Part shown: one piece after another, positions 9,805 through 19,638 of the stretch
Layout of the letters: each line of letters opens with the position of its first letter
How positions within the stretch are numbered: position 1 is the stretch's first letter
Assembly (NCBI GenBank): GCA_044220955.1
Contig: JBGAQA010000033.1
Span: forward strand, 1 to 64,000
DNA: 64,000 nucleotides
Source: Sandaracinaceae bacterium
GTDB taxonomy: Bacteria > Myxococcota_A > Polyangia > Polyangiales > Sandaracinaceae
Direction of reading: 5' to 3'
Notes under the pieces: model-generated
What the model was told of the DNA's origin: nothing
Database searches by the model: none
What the model saw: the letters and a program-made list of their open reading frames with translations, nothing else
Translations under genes and position numbers: made by a program

Positions 9805-9884
9805 GAGAGCCCCTTGAGCGAGACCATGGGTTACGAGCGACGGCCCGGATTCTTCCTCCGGTCGAGGCGCGATTTCAATGGCCG

Positions 9885-10508
9885 TCAGCTCGGCGGACCC
9901 GGGGCCGGCCCGCCCGTGGCCGCGGCGTACACGTCCGGGCCGAAGCGCCGCTGGACCTCGCCCCGCGCGACCTGCGCGCCCTCGAGCGCGGCCACGACCT
10001 GCTCGATCACCTCGAGCCGGACCGCGAGCCGGTAGTAGTCCCCCTCGTCGATGTCGCCCATTCGGGACAGCGCCTGCTCGAGGAGGCCGCGATCTTGCGG
10101 CAGCACCGCGAGGTGGCCGCTCCAGCCCTCGGCCTCGCCGCTCTCGAGCGCCTCCATCGCCATCGCGATCGGATTGAAGTGGAGGAACACGTGGCCGAGC
10201 TCGATGCGCCACGCGCCGAAGTCGCCCGGCTCGAGGTGCCAGCGCGCACCCGGGACGTGGCGGCGCACCACCTCGCCGAAGTAGCCGCCTGCGCTCGTGG
10301 CGAGCAGCTGCTTCAGCTCGTCGCTCGAGCTCGCCGCCTCGCGTGCGCTCGCGAGGTGGTGGTCGAGCAGGGGGAGCGTCTCCGGGGCGAAGTCGAGGTC
10401 GATCTTCAGCGACTGCTTCACCATGCGGAAGGCGCTCGCCGCCAGCTCGAGGACCAGATCGGGGGCCTCGTCGGCGTCGGGGACATCGGGGCCATCACGC
10501 TCGGTCAT
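9885..10508 (-). CDS. Hypothetical protein
   Basis: Globular-looking sequence (LDFAPETLPLLDHHL, GGYFGEVVRR) with typical codon bias. Confidence 0.75.
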   Translation of the reverse strand: MTERDGPDVPDADEAPDLVLELAASAFRMVKQSLKIDLDFAPETLPLLDHHLASAREAASSSDELKQLLATSAGGYFGEVVRRHVPGARWHLEPGDFGAWRIELGHVFLHFNPIAMAMEALESGEAEGWSGHLAVLPQDRGLLEQALSRMGDIDEGDYYRLAVRLEVIEQVVAALEGAQVARGEVQRRFGPDVYAAATGGPAPGPPS

Positions 10509-10640
10509 GGGGCGGGTTGTGGGTTCGATGCGCCGGCCACGCAACCGCCGGGCCGGGCGGGCGAGACCATGGCAGGACGAGGCCGATCCGTGATACCGAT
10601 CCCGGCTCGCGCGCGTCCGCGCTCCGGAGGTCCGTAGAGG

Positions 10641-13373
10641 ATGGCGACGAGAGACAAGCGCCCTGGCGTCTCTGACGCGCGGGGGCCCGAGGCGACCGAG
10701 GCGCCCTACCTCGGCAAGGCCGGGACGAGCCGGCTGGAGAACGTCCACGTGCCGCTGCCCGACGGGCGGATACGGTCGGTGGCGGTGTACGTCGCGGTCA
10801 ACGTGGCGACCGATCCACAGCTCGCCGGCGCGGCGACGGCCGGAGGCCTGCACCGCTTCGAGGGCGGGGAGGAGCTCGCGCTGCCCTTCGTCTATCACGA
10901 CCCCACGGCGCGCAAGCTCTGCGTCGTGGTGCCCGAGTCGCTGCGGCACCTCGAGCTGAAGGAGCGCGCGAGGCTCCTGACGGCGATCGCCGACGACCAG
11001 GCGGTGCCCGTTCCCGCTTATGCGCGTGATGCCGCGAGCGTGGTCGGGCCCACGGGGCTCGCGGCCTACCTCGCACGCTCGGAGAGCGAGTACCGGGACC
11101 GGGAGGGCGCGATCGCCCGCAAGGAGCAGGATCTCTCCGCGCGCGACGCGGCGATGCGACAGAAGGAGGAGGCGCTCGCCGCGCGCGAGGTACGCATCCG
11201 CGAGCGCGCCGAGGACGTGACCGGCCGCGAGGACGAGCTGCGGCAGCTCGCCGAAGAGAACGAGGCGATGGGCCGCGATCTGGCGATGCGCGAGCAGGAG
11301 CTGGAGTCGCGCCTGGCCGCGCTCGCCGACCGCGAGCGGGCGCACGCCGAGGCGCAGGCTCCCTCGCGCAAGGAGAAAGAGGAGCACACGACGCCGCGCG
11401 CCAAGAGCGTGCCGCCGCCGCGCAGCGAGGCGAGCAGCGCGACGCGCCTGCCTGCCGTGCTCGATCCGGTCGATCCGCCGCCGCCGATCGCGTCCATCGT
11501 CGACGAGGTCGACGACGACGTCGAGGACGACGTGGTCGAGGAGCTGGACGACGAGATCGATCCGATCGGAACGCAGCCGGGTCGACGGGCCACGGTCGCG
11601 TCCACGCAGGAGGCCGAGCTCGTCGATCCCGACGAGGTAGCGGAGGAGGTGGACCCGGACGCGCTCGTCCGCGAGGACGTGACCGGCGTGCACCGGACCG
11701 AGGACGACAGGGCCGCGACGCAGGTCGCGACGGCGTCGAGCATGGCGCCCCGCAGCCCCGGTGCTCCGGTGATGCCTGATCCGCTCACGCGCGGAGCACA
11801 GATCTCCGTTCGCATCGAGGAGCCGATCGAGCTCTCGACGCGGCTGGTCGAGCCGGAGATGGGCGAGCTGGACATGCTCGCGCGGCTCGTCACCGACGTC
11901 GGCGCGCCCGTGATCGTGCTGACGCTGACCGACGGCACGCCCGAGCGTGCGCGGCGGCTCGCCCTGGACCCCCGCAGCGCCGACGACCGGCGCGTGCTGG
12001 AGATCCTGCGGCGCCGCTTCGAGGCGCGCGTGCATCTCTTCGCACCCGACGGCTCGTTCCTGCGCACGACGGCGGTGCGCGCGGAGCGCGAGACGAACGT
12101 GGCCCGCATGATGGATCGCGCGGCGCGGCTGCGCGGGGACGCGAGCGCCGCGCCGGACGCCGCCAAGGAGCGGGCGCTCGGAGCTGCGCCGCCGGGGCCG
12201 ATCTCGCATCCGTTCGGCGGCGCCGAGGGCGAGCCGGAAGGCAACGCGGCTGCCGCAGCGCGCGCGCTCGCCGAAGTCTCCGAGTGGATGGCGCCGGAGA
12301 AGATCGATCAGGCGTTGCTCGAGCTCTCGGTCAGCGAGAGCGTCATCGACGCGGTGGTCGCGCGCGTGATCGAGCGCGCGGTGGCGCACGGCCTCGCGCT
12401 GCCCTCGGCGCTCGCCGACCGCGCCGTCTCGGCCGGGATCGCGCAGGAGCAGGGCGCGCTGGTCGGCAAGCAGATCGATGCGTTCCGCCAGACCGTGAGC
12501 GCCTCCGACAAGGGCGGTCTCGACGACGCGAGCATCGCGACGAACTGGGAGCGCCTGCTCGCCGCGGCCGCCGACCACGAGGTGGCCATCGACGGCGAGA
12601 CGCACGACCTCGCGTACCGGACCATCCGCGCCGTCCGCGGCGACACGACCGGCTCGCAGGCGATGGGCGACTTCGACCCGAGCAAGCTCGCCGAGGTGGG
12701 CGCGCCCGAGCTGGTGGTGATGCTGGATCACCCGCGCATGCGGCGCGCGGCGGCGATCACCCTCGCGACGCGGGGCGATGCGCAGTACGCGGACGCGCTC
12801 TGCAAGGCGGTGCGGAAGATGCCCAGGGCCGAGGTGGTTCGCGTCGTGCCGCGCATCACGAAGCTCGGCGAGGAGGCCGGTGACGCCCTCATCGACGGGC
12901 TCTCGGCCAGGAAGACCTTCGTGCGGCAGGCGTTCGCGCTCGCGCTCGGGAGCCTGAAGCTGCGCCGCGCCGTGGTGCCGCTCCTGCACCTCTTGACGAG
13001 CGAGGAGAGCGACGTCTGGCGCGAGGTCGCGCGCGTCCTCGGCACGTTCGGCAACGCCGCCTATCGCACGCTCCAGCGGCAGCTCTCGGAGGTGAAGGCC
13101 GGCGAGGAGCGCTACGTCCGGACGCTGGCGTACCTCTCGAACAACGGCTGCGAGAAGGCGATCCAGGATCTCGCGAAGGACGCCGGAGATCCGAAGGCGG
13201 CCTCGCTCGCCGTTCGGGCGCTCGCCATGCGCGAGGAGGCGCGCCTCGAGGACGAGCGCGTGCACGGCAAGCGCCCGCTCGAGGGCGCCGATCCCTGGCT
13301 CGCGTTCTCGCGGCGGTTCTTCGAGGAGCTCGAGGGGACCGCGCCCGACGCGGACCTCATCGAGACCGAGTAG
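10641..13373 (+). CDS. 910-aa protein: CpXC-like N-domain, coiled coil, acidic linker, C-terminal HEAT repeats
   Basis: VNVATDPQL...LPFVYHDP; E/R/A heptad stretch; DEVDDDVEDD tract; HEAT-like VRQAFALALGSL and VWREVARVLG. Confidence 0.75.
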   Translation: MATRDKRPGVSDARGPEATEAPYLGKAGTSRLENVHVPLPDGRIRSVAVYVAVNVATDPQLAGAATAGGLHRFEGGEELALPFVYHDPTARKLCVVVPESLRHLELKERARLLTAIADDQAVPVPAYARDAASVVGPTGLAAYLARSESEYRDREGAIARKEQDLSARDAAMRQKEEALAAREVRIRERAEDVTGREDELRQLAEENEAMGRDLAMREQELESRLAALADRERAHAEAQAPSRKEKEEHTTPRAKSVPPPRSEASSATRLPAVLDPVDPPPPIASIVDEVDDDVEDDVVEELDDEIDPIGTQPGRRATVASTQEAELVDPDEVAEEVDPDALVREDVTGVHRTEDDRAATQVATASSMAPRSPGAPVMPDPLTRGAQISVRIEEPIELSTRLVEPEMGELDMLARLVTDVGAPVIVLTLTDGTPERARRLALDPRSADDRRVLEILRRRFEARVHLFAPDGSFLRTTAVRAERETNVARMMDRAARLRGDASAAPDAAKERALGAAPPGPISHPFGGAEGEPEGNAAAAARALAEVSEWMAPEKIDQALLELSVSESVIDAVVARVIERAVAHGLALPSALADRAVSAGIAQEQGALVGKQIDAFRQTVSASDKGGLDDASIATNWERLLAAAADHEVAIDGETHDLAYRTIRAVRGDTTGSQAMGDFDPSKLAEVGAPELVVMLDHPRMRRAAAITLATRGDAQYADALCKAVRKMPRAEVVRVVPRITKLGEEAGDALIDGLSARKTFVRQAFALALGSLKLRRAVVPLLHLLTSEESDVWREVARVLGTFGNAAYRTLQRQLSEVKAGEERYVRTLAYLSNNGCEKAIQDLAKDAGDPKAASLAVRALAMREEARLEDERVHGKRPLEGADPWLAFSRRFFEELEGTAPDADLIETE

Positions 13374-13404
13374 TCGTCGAATCGGGGACAGACTCTGAGC
13401 CGAG

Positions 13405-13836
13405 TCAGAAGTCGATCGCGACTCCGGCGCCCATCTCGCCGGGCCCCGCGGTGACGCGGAGCCCGGCGCGGCGCGAGCCGGAGTCGACGTCGAGGCCGAT
13501 CGCGACCGGGAGCAGGATCAACAGGCCCACGCCGCCCATCGCACCCCCGAGGCACGCGAGGACGAGGCCGGGCAAGCCGAGGCCGCTTCCACGCCCGCTG
13601 AGCGAGAAGTCGCTGAGCATCATCCCGAGGCCGACGCCGACCAGCGCTACGCCGCCGAGCGTGACGCCGAGCGTCACGCGGTAGACGTCGCTCGCGGTCC
13701 GCGACTCTGCGTCGACCGCGCGCAGCGCTTCGCGCCCCTCGGAGGGATCGACGGGCGACTGCGCGCGTGCGCGAGAGCTGGAGCACGCGAGGGCGAGGAG
13801 TGTGCCGAGGGTGAGCGCGACGAGGAGGCGGTCCAT
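13405..13836 (-). CDS. Hypothetical secreted/membrane protein
   Basis: N-terminal signal, two Gly-rich hydrophobic helices, C-terminal strand ending in Phe. Confidence 0.65.
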   Translation of the reverse strand: MDRLLVALTLGTLLALACSSSRARAQSPVDPSEGREALRAVDAESRTASDVYRVTLGVTLGGVALVGVGLGMMLSDFSLSGRGSGLGLPGLVLACLGGAMGGVGLLILLPVAIGLDVDSGSRRAGLRVTAGPGEMGAGVAIDF

Positions 13837-14114
13837 GCCTGCGAGTCAGCGCGACTCGTTCCGTGGCGTTTCGTGCGCCGATCCGCCGGGTGTCCCGCCG
13901 CAGCGGTCGGCCGTCTCGGAGGCCAGACCCCACGAGTCGCTCCAGCAGCAGACGAGCGCGGCGAGTCGACGCCGGTCCGCCGGAGCAGCCCCCTGCGGAC
14001 GTACCTGCGGACTCTCCCGCCACGAGCTCGGCGGTTCGGCGAGAGCCCGGCGACGAACGAGCGCAGCGCGTGGTCAGCCCTGCGCGATGGATGTGACGGC
14101 GGCGGCGCGCTCGA

Positions 14115-14498
14115 TCAGCGCGGTGGGAGCCCGCGGAGCGCCCGCTCGACGACCTGCATGGTCTGGGGCCGCCGGATGACGGCGGTCGCGTACGGCTCGA
14201 GCCTCACCAGCGCGTCCGCGTCCGAGCTGCGGTCGCCCAGCACCACGATGCGTGTGCGCTGGCTCGCACGACGCGCGGCCGCGGCCACTCGCAGCGCGGC
14301 CTCCGGCGCTCCCTCGTCCAGTCGCAGATCGACGAGGATCGCGTCGAAACCTCGCGTCGAGAGCATCGCGAGCGCTTCGCGCGGACACGCCGAGCTGCGC
14401 ACGCGCCAGTGGGCCGACGCGAGGTACTGCTCGGCGGCGACCCTCGAACCATCGTCGGGGTCGACGATGAGCACGCGCCGCAGCTGGTTTCCGCCCAT
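14115..14498 (-). CDS. Stand-alone atypical receiver (REC) domain protein
   Basis: RVLIVDPD, FDAILVDL; conserved Thr and Lys appear replaced (VLGD, IRRP). Confidence 0.65.
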   Translation of the reverse strand: MGGNQLRRVLIVDPDDGSRVAAEQYLASAHWRVRSSACPREALAMLSTRGFDAILVDLRLDEGAPEAALRVAAAARRASQRTRIVVLGDRSSDADALVRLEPYATAVIRRPQTMQVVERALRGLPPR

Positions 14499-14879
14499 GT
14501 CGGCTTCCGACCGCAACGGGTGGGCCAAAGATCGCGTCGGTGAGTTCGCTCGATTTTTCCGGCTCGGCGTGGCCGGCTCATCTCGTCCGCGCAGCACGCG
14601 CTTTCAACAATGAGATGGGGCGTTTTGGACCAGCTCCTTCGGCCAGGCCTGGTCTTGCGGCGCAAGAGCGCCTCGAGCAGGCGCGGGACGTCCTGCGGCT
14701 CCATCGACGCGACGACGAAGAGCGCCGACGACGACTGGAAGGTCAGCTCGCGCCTTCGCGCGCCGCGCGCGCGATCCGTCTCGCACCTTCGAGGCAGGCG
14801 AGACGCTCCTCGGGCGTCAACGCGAGCCACCGCGAGCGCTGTTCACGCGGTCCCGCCACGTCCGCCACGCGCCGGGCGC

Positions 14880-16085
14880 TCAGCTCCGTGCCCGCAGGGC
14901 CACGTAGGCCAGCTGGATCGCCTCGTGGAGGCCCGCGAGGGTGATCGCGCGCTCGAGCAGCGCGTCGCGCTCGCTGCGCGGCCAGGCCCGGCCCAGGGGG
15001 CCGACTGCACCTCGCCGGTGCATCCTGCCCGCGATCCAGCCGAGGTAGTGCGCGAGCGGCTCGCGCTCGTCGTCGCCCTCCTCGGCGGGATCGAGCTTGT
15101 CCTCCTGGGGCGAGAGCCGGCGCACGAGCATGGAGGCGCGCTCACCGCGCGCGTTCGTGAAGACGGTGGTGCCGAGCATCCGCGGAGGCGCGAGGGCGGA
15201 GGTCACGATCGCGCGCACGACGCGCGCCGCGCCACGGAGCCCCTCGGCCGGCAGGCCGCTGGCGGAGCGCGCCGCTTCTTCCTTCACGTCGAAGATCCAC
15301 TCGCCCCGGGCGCCTCCACGCGAGAGGACCGCGAAGCGCTCGACGCCGAGGCTCCCGGTGCCGGCGACGCGACGGGCGACGTCGAGCACCTCGAAGTGAT
15401 CCGGCGCCGCGTCGTGAAGGAGCCCGGCGCGGGCCGCGTAGCCGGCGAACGCCTCGCGAGCCCGCACGGCCGTGGCCCTCGAGATCGGCCAGAGCCGGGC
15501 GTCGCGCTGGAGCGCGCGCTTGCGGGGCGAGCCGCGCAGATACGAGCGGTGCAGCGACGCCTTCGTGCGCGCCTCGACCCTGGCGATCAGGGCCGTGACG
15601 GCGCGGGGGGCGCGGGCGCGGAGGCGCGCGCCGAACGCGCCCGCGTTCCAGCCGTCGACGAGCGCGCGGCACGACGCGACGCGCGCCGAGGCGGCCAGGC
15701 CGCGCTCGTCGAGGGCGAGCAACCAGCTCACCGCCAGGCGCAAGAGGTCGATGCGCACCGGACCGACGCAGGCCTCGTCGAAGTCGTTCGGGCCGAACAC
15801 CACGCGCGTTCGCCCCGGGCGTGCGTCGTCCGTCCGGTAGGCCCCGAAGTTCTGCACGTGGAGATCCCCCGTCAGCCACGCCCCACCGTCGGGTCCCCGC
15901 CCGAGCTCGGGGTGCTCGCGCAAGATCCGGTAGAAGAGCGGCGCGCTCCCGCGGAGGAACGCGAACGCCGACGCGCACATGCGCCCGTGCTTGACCGCGA
16001 AGAGCCCGGCTGCCGTGCGATCGATCGCACGGTCGCTGGCGAGCTGGATCCTCGCGAGCGCGATGGGATCGATCGACCGCGGCAC
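14880..16085 (-). CDS. DUF2252 family protein
   Basis: RMCASAFAFLRGS, GDLHVQNFG, NDFDEA, GTGSLGVERF. Confidence 0.85.
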   Translation of the reverse strand: MPRSIDPIALARIQLASDRAIDRTAAGLFAVKHGRMCASAFAFLRGSAPLFYRILREHPELGRGPDGGAWLTGDLHVQNFGAYRTDDARPGRTRVVFGPNDFDEACVGPVRIDLLRLAVSWLLALDERGLAASARVASCRALVDGWNAGAFGARLRARAPRAVTALIARVEARTKASLHRSYLRGSPRKRALQRDARLWPISRATAVRAREAFAGYAARAGLLHDAAPDHFEVLDVARRVAGTGSLGVERFAVLSRGGARGEWIFDVKEEAARSASGLPAEGLRGAARVVRAIVTSALAPPRMLGTTVFTNARGERASMLVRRLSPQEDKLDPAEEGDDEREPLAHYLGWIAGRMHRRGAVGPLGRAWPRSERDALLERAITLAGLHEAIQLAYVALRARS

Positions 16086-16118
16086 GTGCGGCAGCGTCGC
16101 GCCCCGGGACGCTCGAGG

Positions 16119-18107
16119 TCAATCCTCGATGGCCCGGAGCAGCGCGCGAACGGCCTCGCGCATCGCCCGCATGGCGGAGGCGACGCTCGGCGCGCCCGCC
16201 CGGGCGGCGACGACGGACCAGGCGGCGTGATCGACCAGACGTGCCTCGAGCAGCGCACGTGCGGCGGGCGCGAGCGACGCGAGCGCCGACGGATGGGCGC
16301 GGACGAGCGCTCCGAGCGATCCCGCGACCACGTCGACGGGCTGTGCGCTGCACGCGTAGCGCTCGGCGAGCGCGCGGAGCTCGGCCGGTGGCCGCGGCGC
16401 GGGGGCGCCGAGACCTCGCGTCAGCGCCGCACGCAGCGCGGGCTCGATCGATCCGCCGTCGTCGGCCTCCTGCAGGGCGAGCTGCGCCTCGATCTCGTGC
16501 GCCAGGTCCTGCCGGAGCGAGGCGAGCAGGGCCCGGGCCGCGCTCGAGACCGGGCGCACCATCACCACGGCGGGCTCGCCGCTCCGGTCCCCGCGCGAGA
16601 CGCCGGCCCGCACGACCTCGTAGCCGAGCGCACGCCGGAACGCGACGAGCTCCGCGGTCGCGCCGAAGATGGTGCCGTGGAGATCGGGCGTGTAGCTCGC
16701 GTGGACCGCGTCCACGAGCCGCCGCGCGAGCCCCTGACGCCGGCGCGCGTCGTGGACCGCGATCCGGACGCTGCGGATCATCGACAGGCCCGCGGCCTCC
16801 GGGCGCAGCGCGTGACTGACGAGCGTGTCCGCGAGCGCGTGACCCGCGACGCGACGCTCCCCACGCAGCATCGCGTCTGCGAGCCCCGGCGGGAGCGAGC
16901 CTTCGCGCGCGACCAGGCTCGCCGCGACCACCTCGTCCCCCTCGAGCAGCGCGTGCACGTCGAGGTTCGGCGCGTCGAGCATGCGCATCAGATCGCTCGG
17001 CGTCGTCCGGTAGTGCGCGTGGACCAGCAGGCCGAAGAGCTGCCGGAGCGTCCGCTCGTCGTCCGCGAGCCGCTCGCGATCGAAGAGCACGTGGCGCACG
17101 CCGCCGGCCGGCGCGTGCGCCAGGCGGGCCGGCTCGGCGTCGAGCAGGAGCGCCTGGAAGGCCCAGTGCTCGAGCGGATCGTCGGCGGCCCACCGGATCG
17201 GCTCGTCGAGCGTGTGCTCGAGCGTGGGGAGCGCCCGCGCGCGCGCCCAGGCGACGAATCGCAGCGCGAAGCCCCGGCCCGTACCCTCGTACCCGCGGCA
17301 CGTGGTCGACAGGATCACGTGCGCGCCGGGGTGACGCGTCACGATGCGCTTCACGAGAGCGACCGGGAGCTGGGCCGCCTCGTCGACGACGACGACGTCG
17401 GCGTCGAGCGCCGCGTCGGCTGCTTCCAGCGGAGAGACGAGTCGGAGCGCGTGGGGTGCCGCGTAGCGGAGCACCTCGGCGGCCGCCTCGGGCGCGCGCG
17501 CGCTGACCACGATCCGAAGCGAGGGCCTCGCCGCGAGCGCGCGGCCGAGCGCGCGGCCGATGCCCGCCGACTTCCCCCGCCCGCGGTCGGCGAGGACGAC
17601 GGTGACGGTCGGCGGGGCCGAGCCGAGCGTCTCCGCGACGTCTGCCACGAGGTCGTCTTGTTCCGGCGTCGCCTCGGTCGACGAGGTTGGCGCGGCGAGC
17701 ACCCCGTCGTCGACGGGCGGCAGGCAGCGCTCGAAGCGGCGCGCGAAGCGCGAGCCGACGTCGTCGAGCGTGTGGGGGTGCACCGCCAGGTCCGGACGAC
17801 GCGGGAGCAACTCGAGGCGCGTCGGCATCCGCAGCACCAGAGCGCCGCCACCACGGATCAGCCCTTCTGCCCGCGCGATCACATCCGGGTCGAGCGCCTC
17901 GTGCAGGTCGAGGACGACGGCCGTGACGCTCTGCCCGAGCAGCGCCTCGAGCGCGCGGGGAGAGACCGAGCGCGCCCCCTCGGGCCCGTCGGTGCATACC
18001 CAGACGACGTCCGCGCGCGCGATGCCGGCCGTGACGCGCGCGGCGTCCTGCCGCGTCCGCGCTCGCGTACCGCGGACGACGATGCAGCGCCGGCTCGCCG
18101 CCGCCAT
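16119..18107 (-). CDS. tmcA: tRNA(Met) cytidine acetyltransferase
   Basis: ADRGRGKSA, VDEAA, STTCRGYEGTGRGF, PIRWAADDPLE, AHYRTTPSDL, GNAT segment RIAVH...QGLAR. Confidence 0.92.
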   Translation of the reverse strand: MAAASRRCIVVRGTRARTRQDAARVTAGIARADVVWVCTDGPEGARSVSPRALEALLGQSVTAVVLDLHEALDPDVIARAEGLIRGGGALVLRMPTRLELLPRRPDLAVHPHTLDDVGSRFARRFERCLPPVDDGVLAAPTSSTEATPEQDDLVADVAETLGSAPPTVTVVLADRGRGKSAGIGRALGRALAARPSLRIVVSARAPEAAAEVLRYAAPHALRLVSPLEAADAALDADVVVVDEAAQLPVALVKRIVTRHPGAHVILSTTCRGYEGTGRGFALRFVAWARARALPTLEHTLDEPIRWAADDPLEHWAFQALLLDAEPARLAHAPAGGVRHVLFDRERLADDERTLRQLFGLLVHAHYRTTPSDLMRMLDAPNLDVHALLEGDEVVAASLVAREGSLPPGLADAMLRGERRVAGHALADTLVSHALRPEAAGLSMIRSVRIAVHDARRRQGLARRLVDAVHASYTPDLHGTIFGATAELVAFRRALGYEVVRAGVSRGDRSGEPAVVMVRPVSSAARALLASLRQDLAHEIEAQLALQEADDGGSIEPALRAALTRGLGAPAPRPPAELRALAERYACSAQPVDVVAGSLGALVRAHPSALASLAPAARALLEARLVDHAAWSVVAARAGAPSVASAMRAMREAVRALLRAIED

Positions 18108-18114
18108 CGCCGCC

Positions 18115-18600
18115 TCAGCGGTTCAGATCGGGCTGCACCACCGCGTCGCGATACGCGATCCCCGCGGGCGCTCCGCGAAACGGGAACGTCACCTGCGAGC
18201 GCGGCTGCCCGTCCTCGTCGAACGTCGCGAGCTTGGCCTTGCCGCGCTCGATCCGCAGCGTCCCGTGCCAGCGGACCTGGCCGTCGGACGTGAGGCAGAC
18301 GATCGCCTCGGGCGTCGGCGCGACGTCACCGCCACGCAGCAGCACGAGCTGCCCGTCGCAGACCATCCCGGACTCGGGCGGGAAACCGACGTCGACCTGC
18401 CCGAGCACGTCCCCCGTGCCGAGCTCGACGCAGATCACGCGCGTGCCGCTCACGCCGAAGAGGCGCTGGTCCACGCGGTAGAGGCGCACGACGGGCTGCT
18501 CCGTCGGGACGTGCCAGACGATCGTCCCGTCCCGCGGCCGCAGCGCGACGATCGCCGATCCCATGACGACCACGACCGGCTCGAAGTCCACATCGCTCAT
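18115..18600 (-). CDS. Small PQQ-like beta-strand repeat protein
   Basis: ALRPRDGTIVW, CVELGTGDVL, CLTSDGQVRW repeats. Confidence 0.6.
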   Translation of the reverse strand: MSDVDFEPVVVVMGSAIVALRPRDGTIVWHVPTEQPVVRLYRVDQRLFGVSGTRVICVELGTGDVLGQVDVGFPPESGMVCDGQLVLLRGGDVAPTPEAIVCLTSDGQVRWHGTLRIERGKAKLATFDEDGQPRSQVTFPFRGAPAGIAYRDAVVQPDLNR

Positions 18601-18607
18601 GGCGCGC

Positions 18608-18617
18608 ATCGTACAGT
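18608..18617. promoter_or_regulatory. Overlapping divergent -10-like hexamers (TACGAT minus strand, TACAGT plus strand)
   Basis: Each lies 7 nt from its start codon (18600 and 18625) in a 24-bp intergenic gap. Confidence 0.55.
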
Positions 18618-18624
18618 TCGGGGC

Positions 18625-19620
18625 GTGACGACGCACGAGCGCGAGATCACCGAGGCCGTCTCTCTCGCCGACTGGCGCGGGACACTGCGACCCGAAGCGA
18701 TCGGCTACAGCCGGCGCCCCGTCCACGATGCGGCGATCCCCGCGCGGCCCGGCCGGCGCAAGCGCTGGGAGTACTGGTGCGTGATCGGCACGCGCGGCGC
18801 GCTGCAGGTGACGGTCGCGGATCTCGACTTCCTCGGGCTGGTCGAGCTCTCGTTCTCGGACTTCGAGACGAAGGAAGTGGCGAGCGCGCCCTTCGTCCTG
18901 CCGCTGGGGCTCGGGCTGACGCTGCCCGACCGGAGCGGCGAGGCCTGGCGCGTCCGCACGCCGCTCGGCGTCGTGTCGATCGAGCCGCGGGGAGACGTGA
19001 CGCACCTCTCGGTCCGCGCGCGGACGCCGCGCGGGCCGATCGAGGCGAACGTCGCGATCGCGACGCCACCCAGCGAGGAGTCGCTGAGCGTCGTCGTGCC
19101 GTGGAGCGAGCGCACCTTCCAGCTCACGACCAAGCGTGTAGCGCTGCCCGCGGCAGGCGAGATCTGCGCGCTCGGCCGGCGCTACCCGATCGACGACGCG
19201 CACGAGGGCTTCGCGTGCCTCGACTTCGGCCGCGGGGTGTGGCCGCGAGACACCGCGTGGAACTGGGGCACGGGCGCGCTCCGCAGGGGCGGCCGGCGCA
19301 TCGGGCTGCAGCTCGGGGGAAAGTGGACCGAGGGGACCGGTGCGACCGAGAACGGGGTCTTCGTCGATGGCCGACTCGACAAGATCGGCGCCGAGCTGCG
19401 ATGGGCGTACGCACGCGAGGACTTCCGGAGACCCTGGCGCGTCGAAGGCGACGACGTCGCGCTGATCTTCACGCCGTTCTTCGAGCGGGTCGCGAGGCTC
19501 GACCTGCGCGTGCTGCGCACCGAGCTACACCTCTGCTTCGGGCGCTGGTCGGGGCAGGCGGCGGGCGTGACCGTCGACGGTGCGCTCGGCTGGGCCGAGG
19601 AGCATCGCGCCCGCTGGTGA
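18625..19620 (+). CDS. DUF2804 family protein
   Basis: KRWEYW, LDFGRGVWP..TAWNW, GATENG, WAEEHRARW. Confidence 0.85.
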   Translation: MTTHEREITEAVSLADWRGTLRPEAIGYSRRPVHDAAIPARPGRRKRWEYWCVIGTRGALQVTVADLDFLGLVELSFSDFETKEVASAPFVLPLGLGLTLPDRSGEAWRVRTPLGVVSIEPRGDVTHLSVRARTPRGPIEANVAIATPPSEESLSVVVPWSERTFQLTTKRVALPAAGEICALGRRYPIDDAHEGFACLDFGRGVWPRDTAWNWGTGALRRGGRRIGLQLGGKWTEGTGATENGVFVDGRLDKIGAELRWAYAREDFRRPWRVEGDDVALIFTPFFERVARLDLRVLRTELHLCFGRWSGQAAGVTVDGALGWAEEHRARW

Positions 19621-19638
19621 GGGTGTGGTGCGCCGGGC

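Noticed and set aside
14600..14870. Possible small minus-strand ORF (…MEPQDVPRLLEALLRRK…)
   Set aside because: No clear start, stop boundary or recognisable motif; left unresolved
9885..18293. Very long alternative-frame ORFs (for example 9885-13265 minus, 14610-18293 plus)
   Set aside because: Arg/Ala/Pro-rich shadows of real genes, expected in high-GC DNA; only the 9885-10508 portion looks coding
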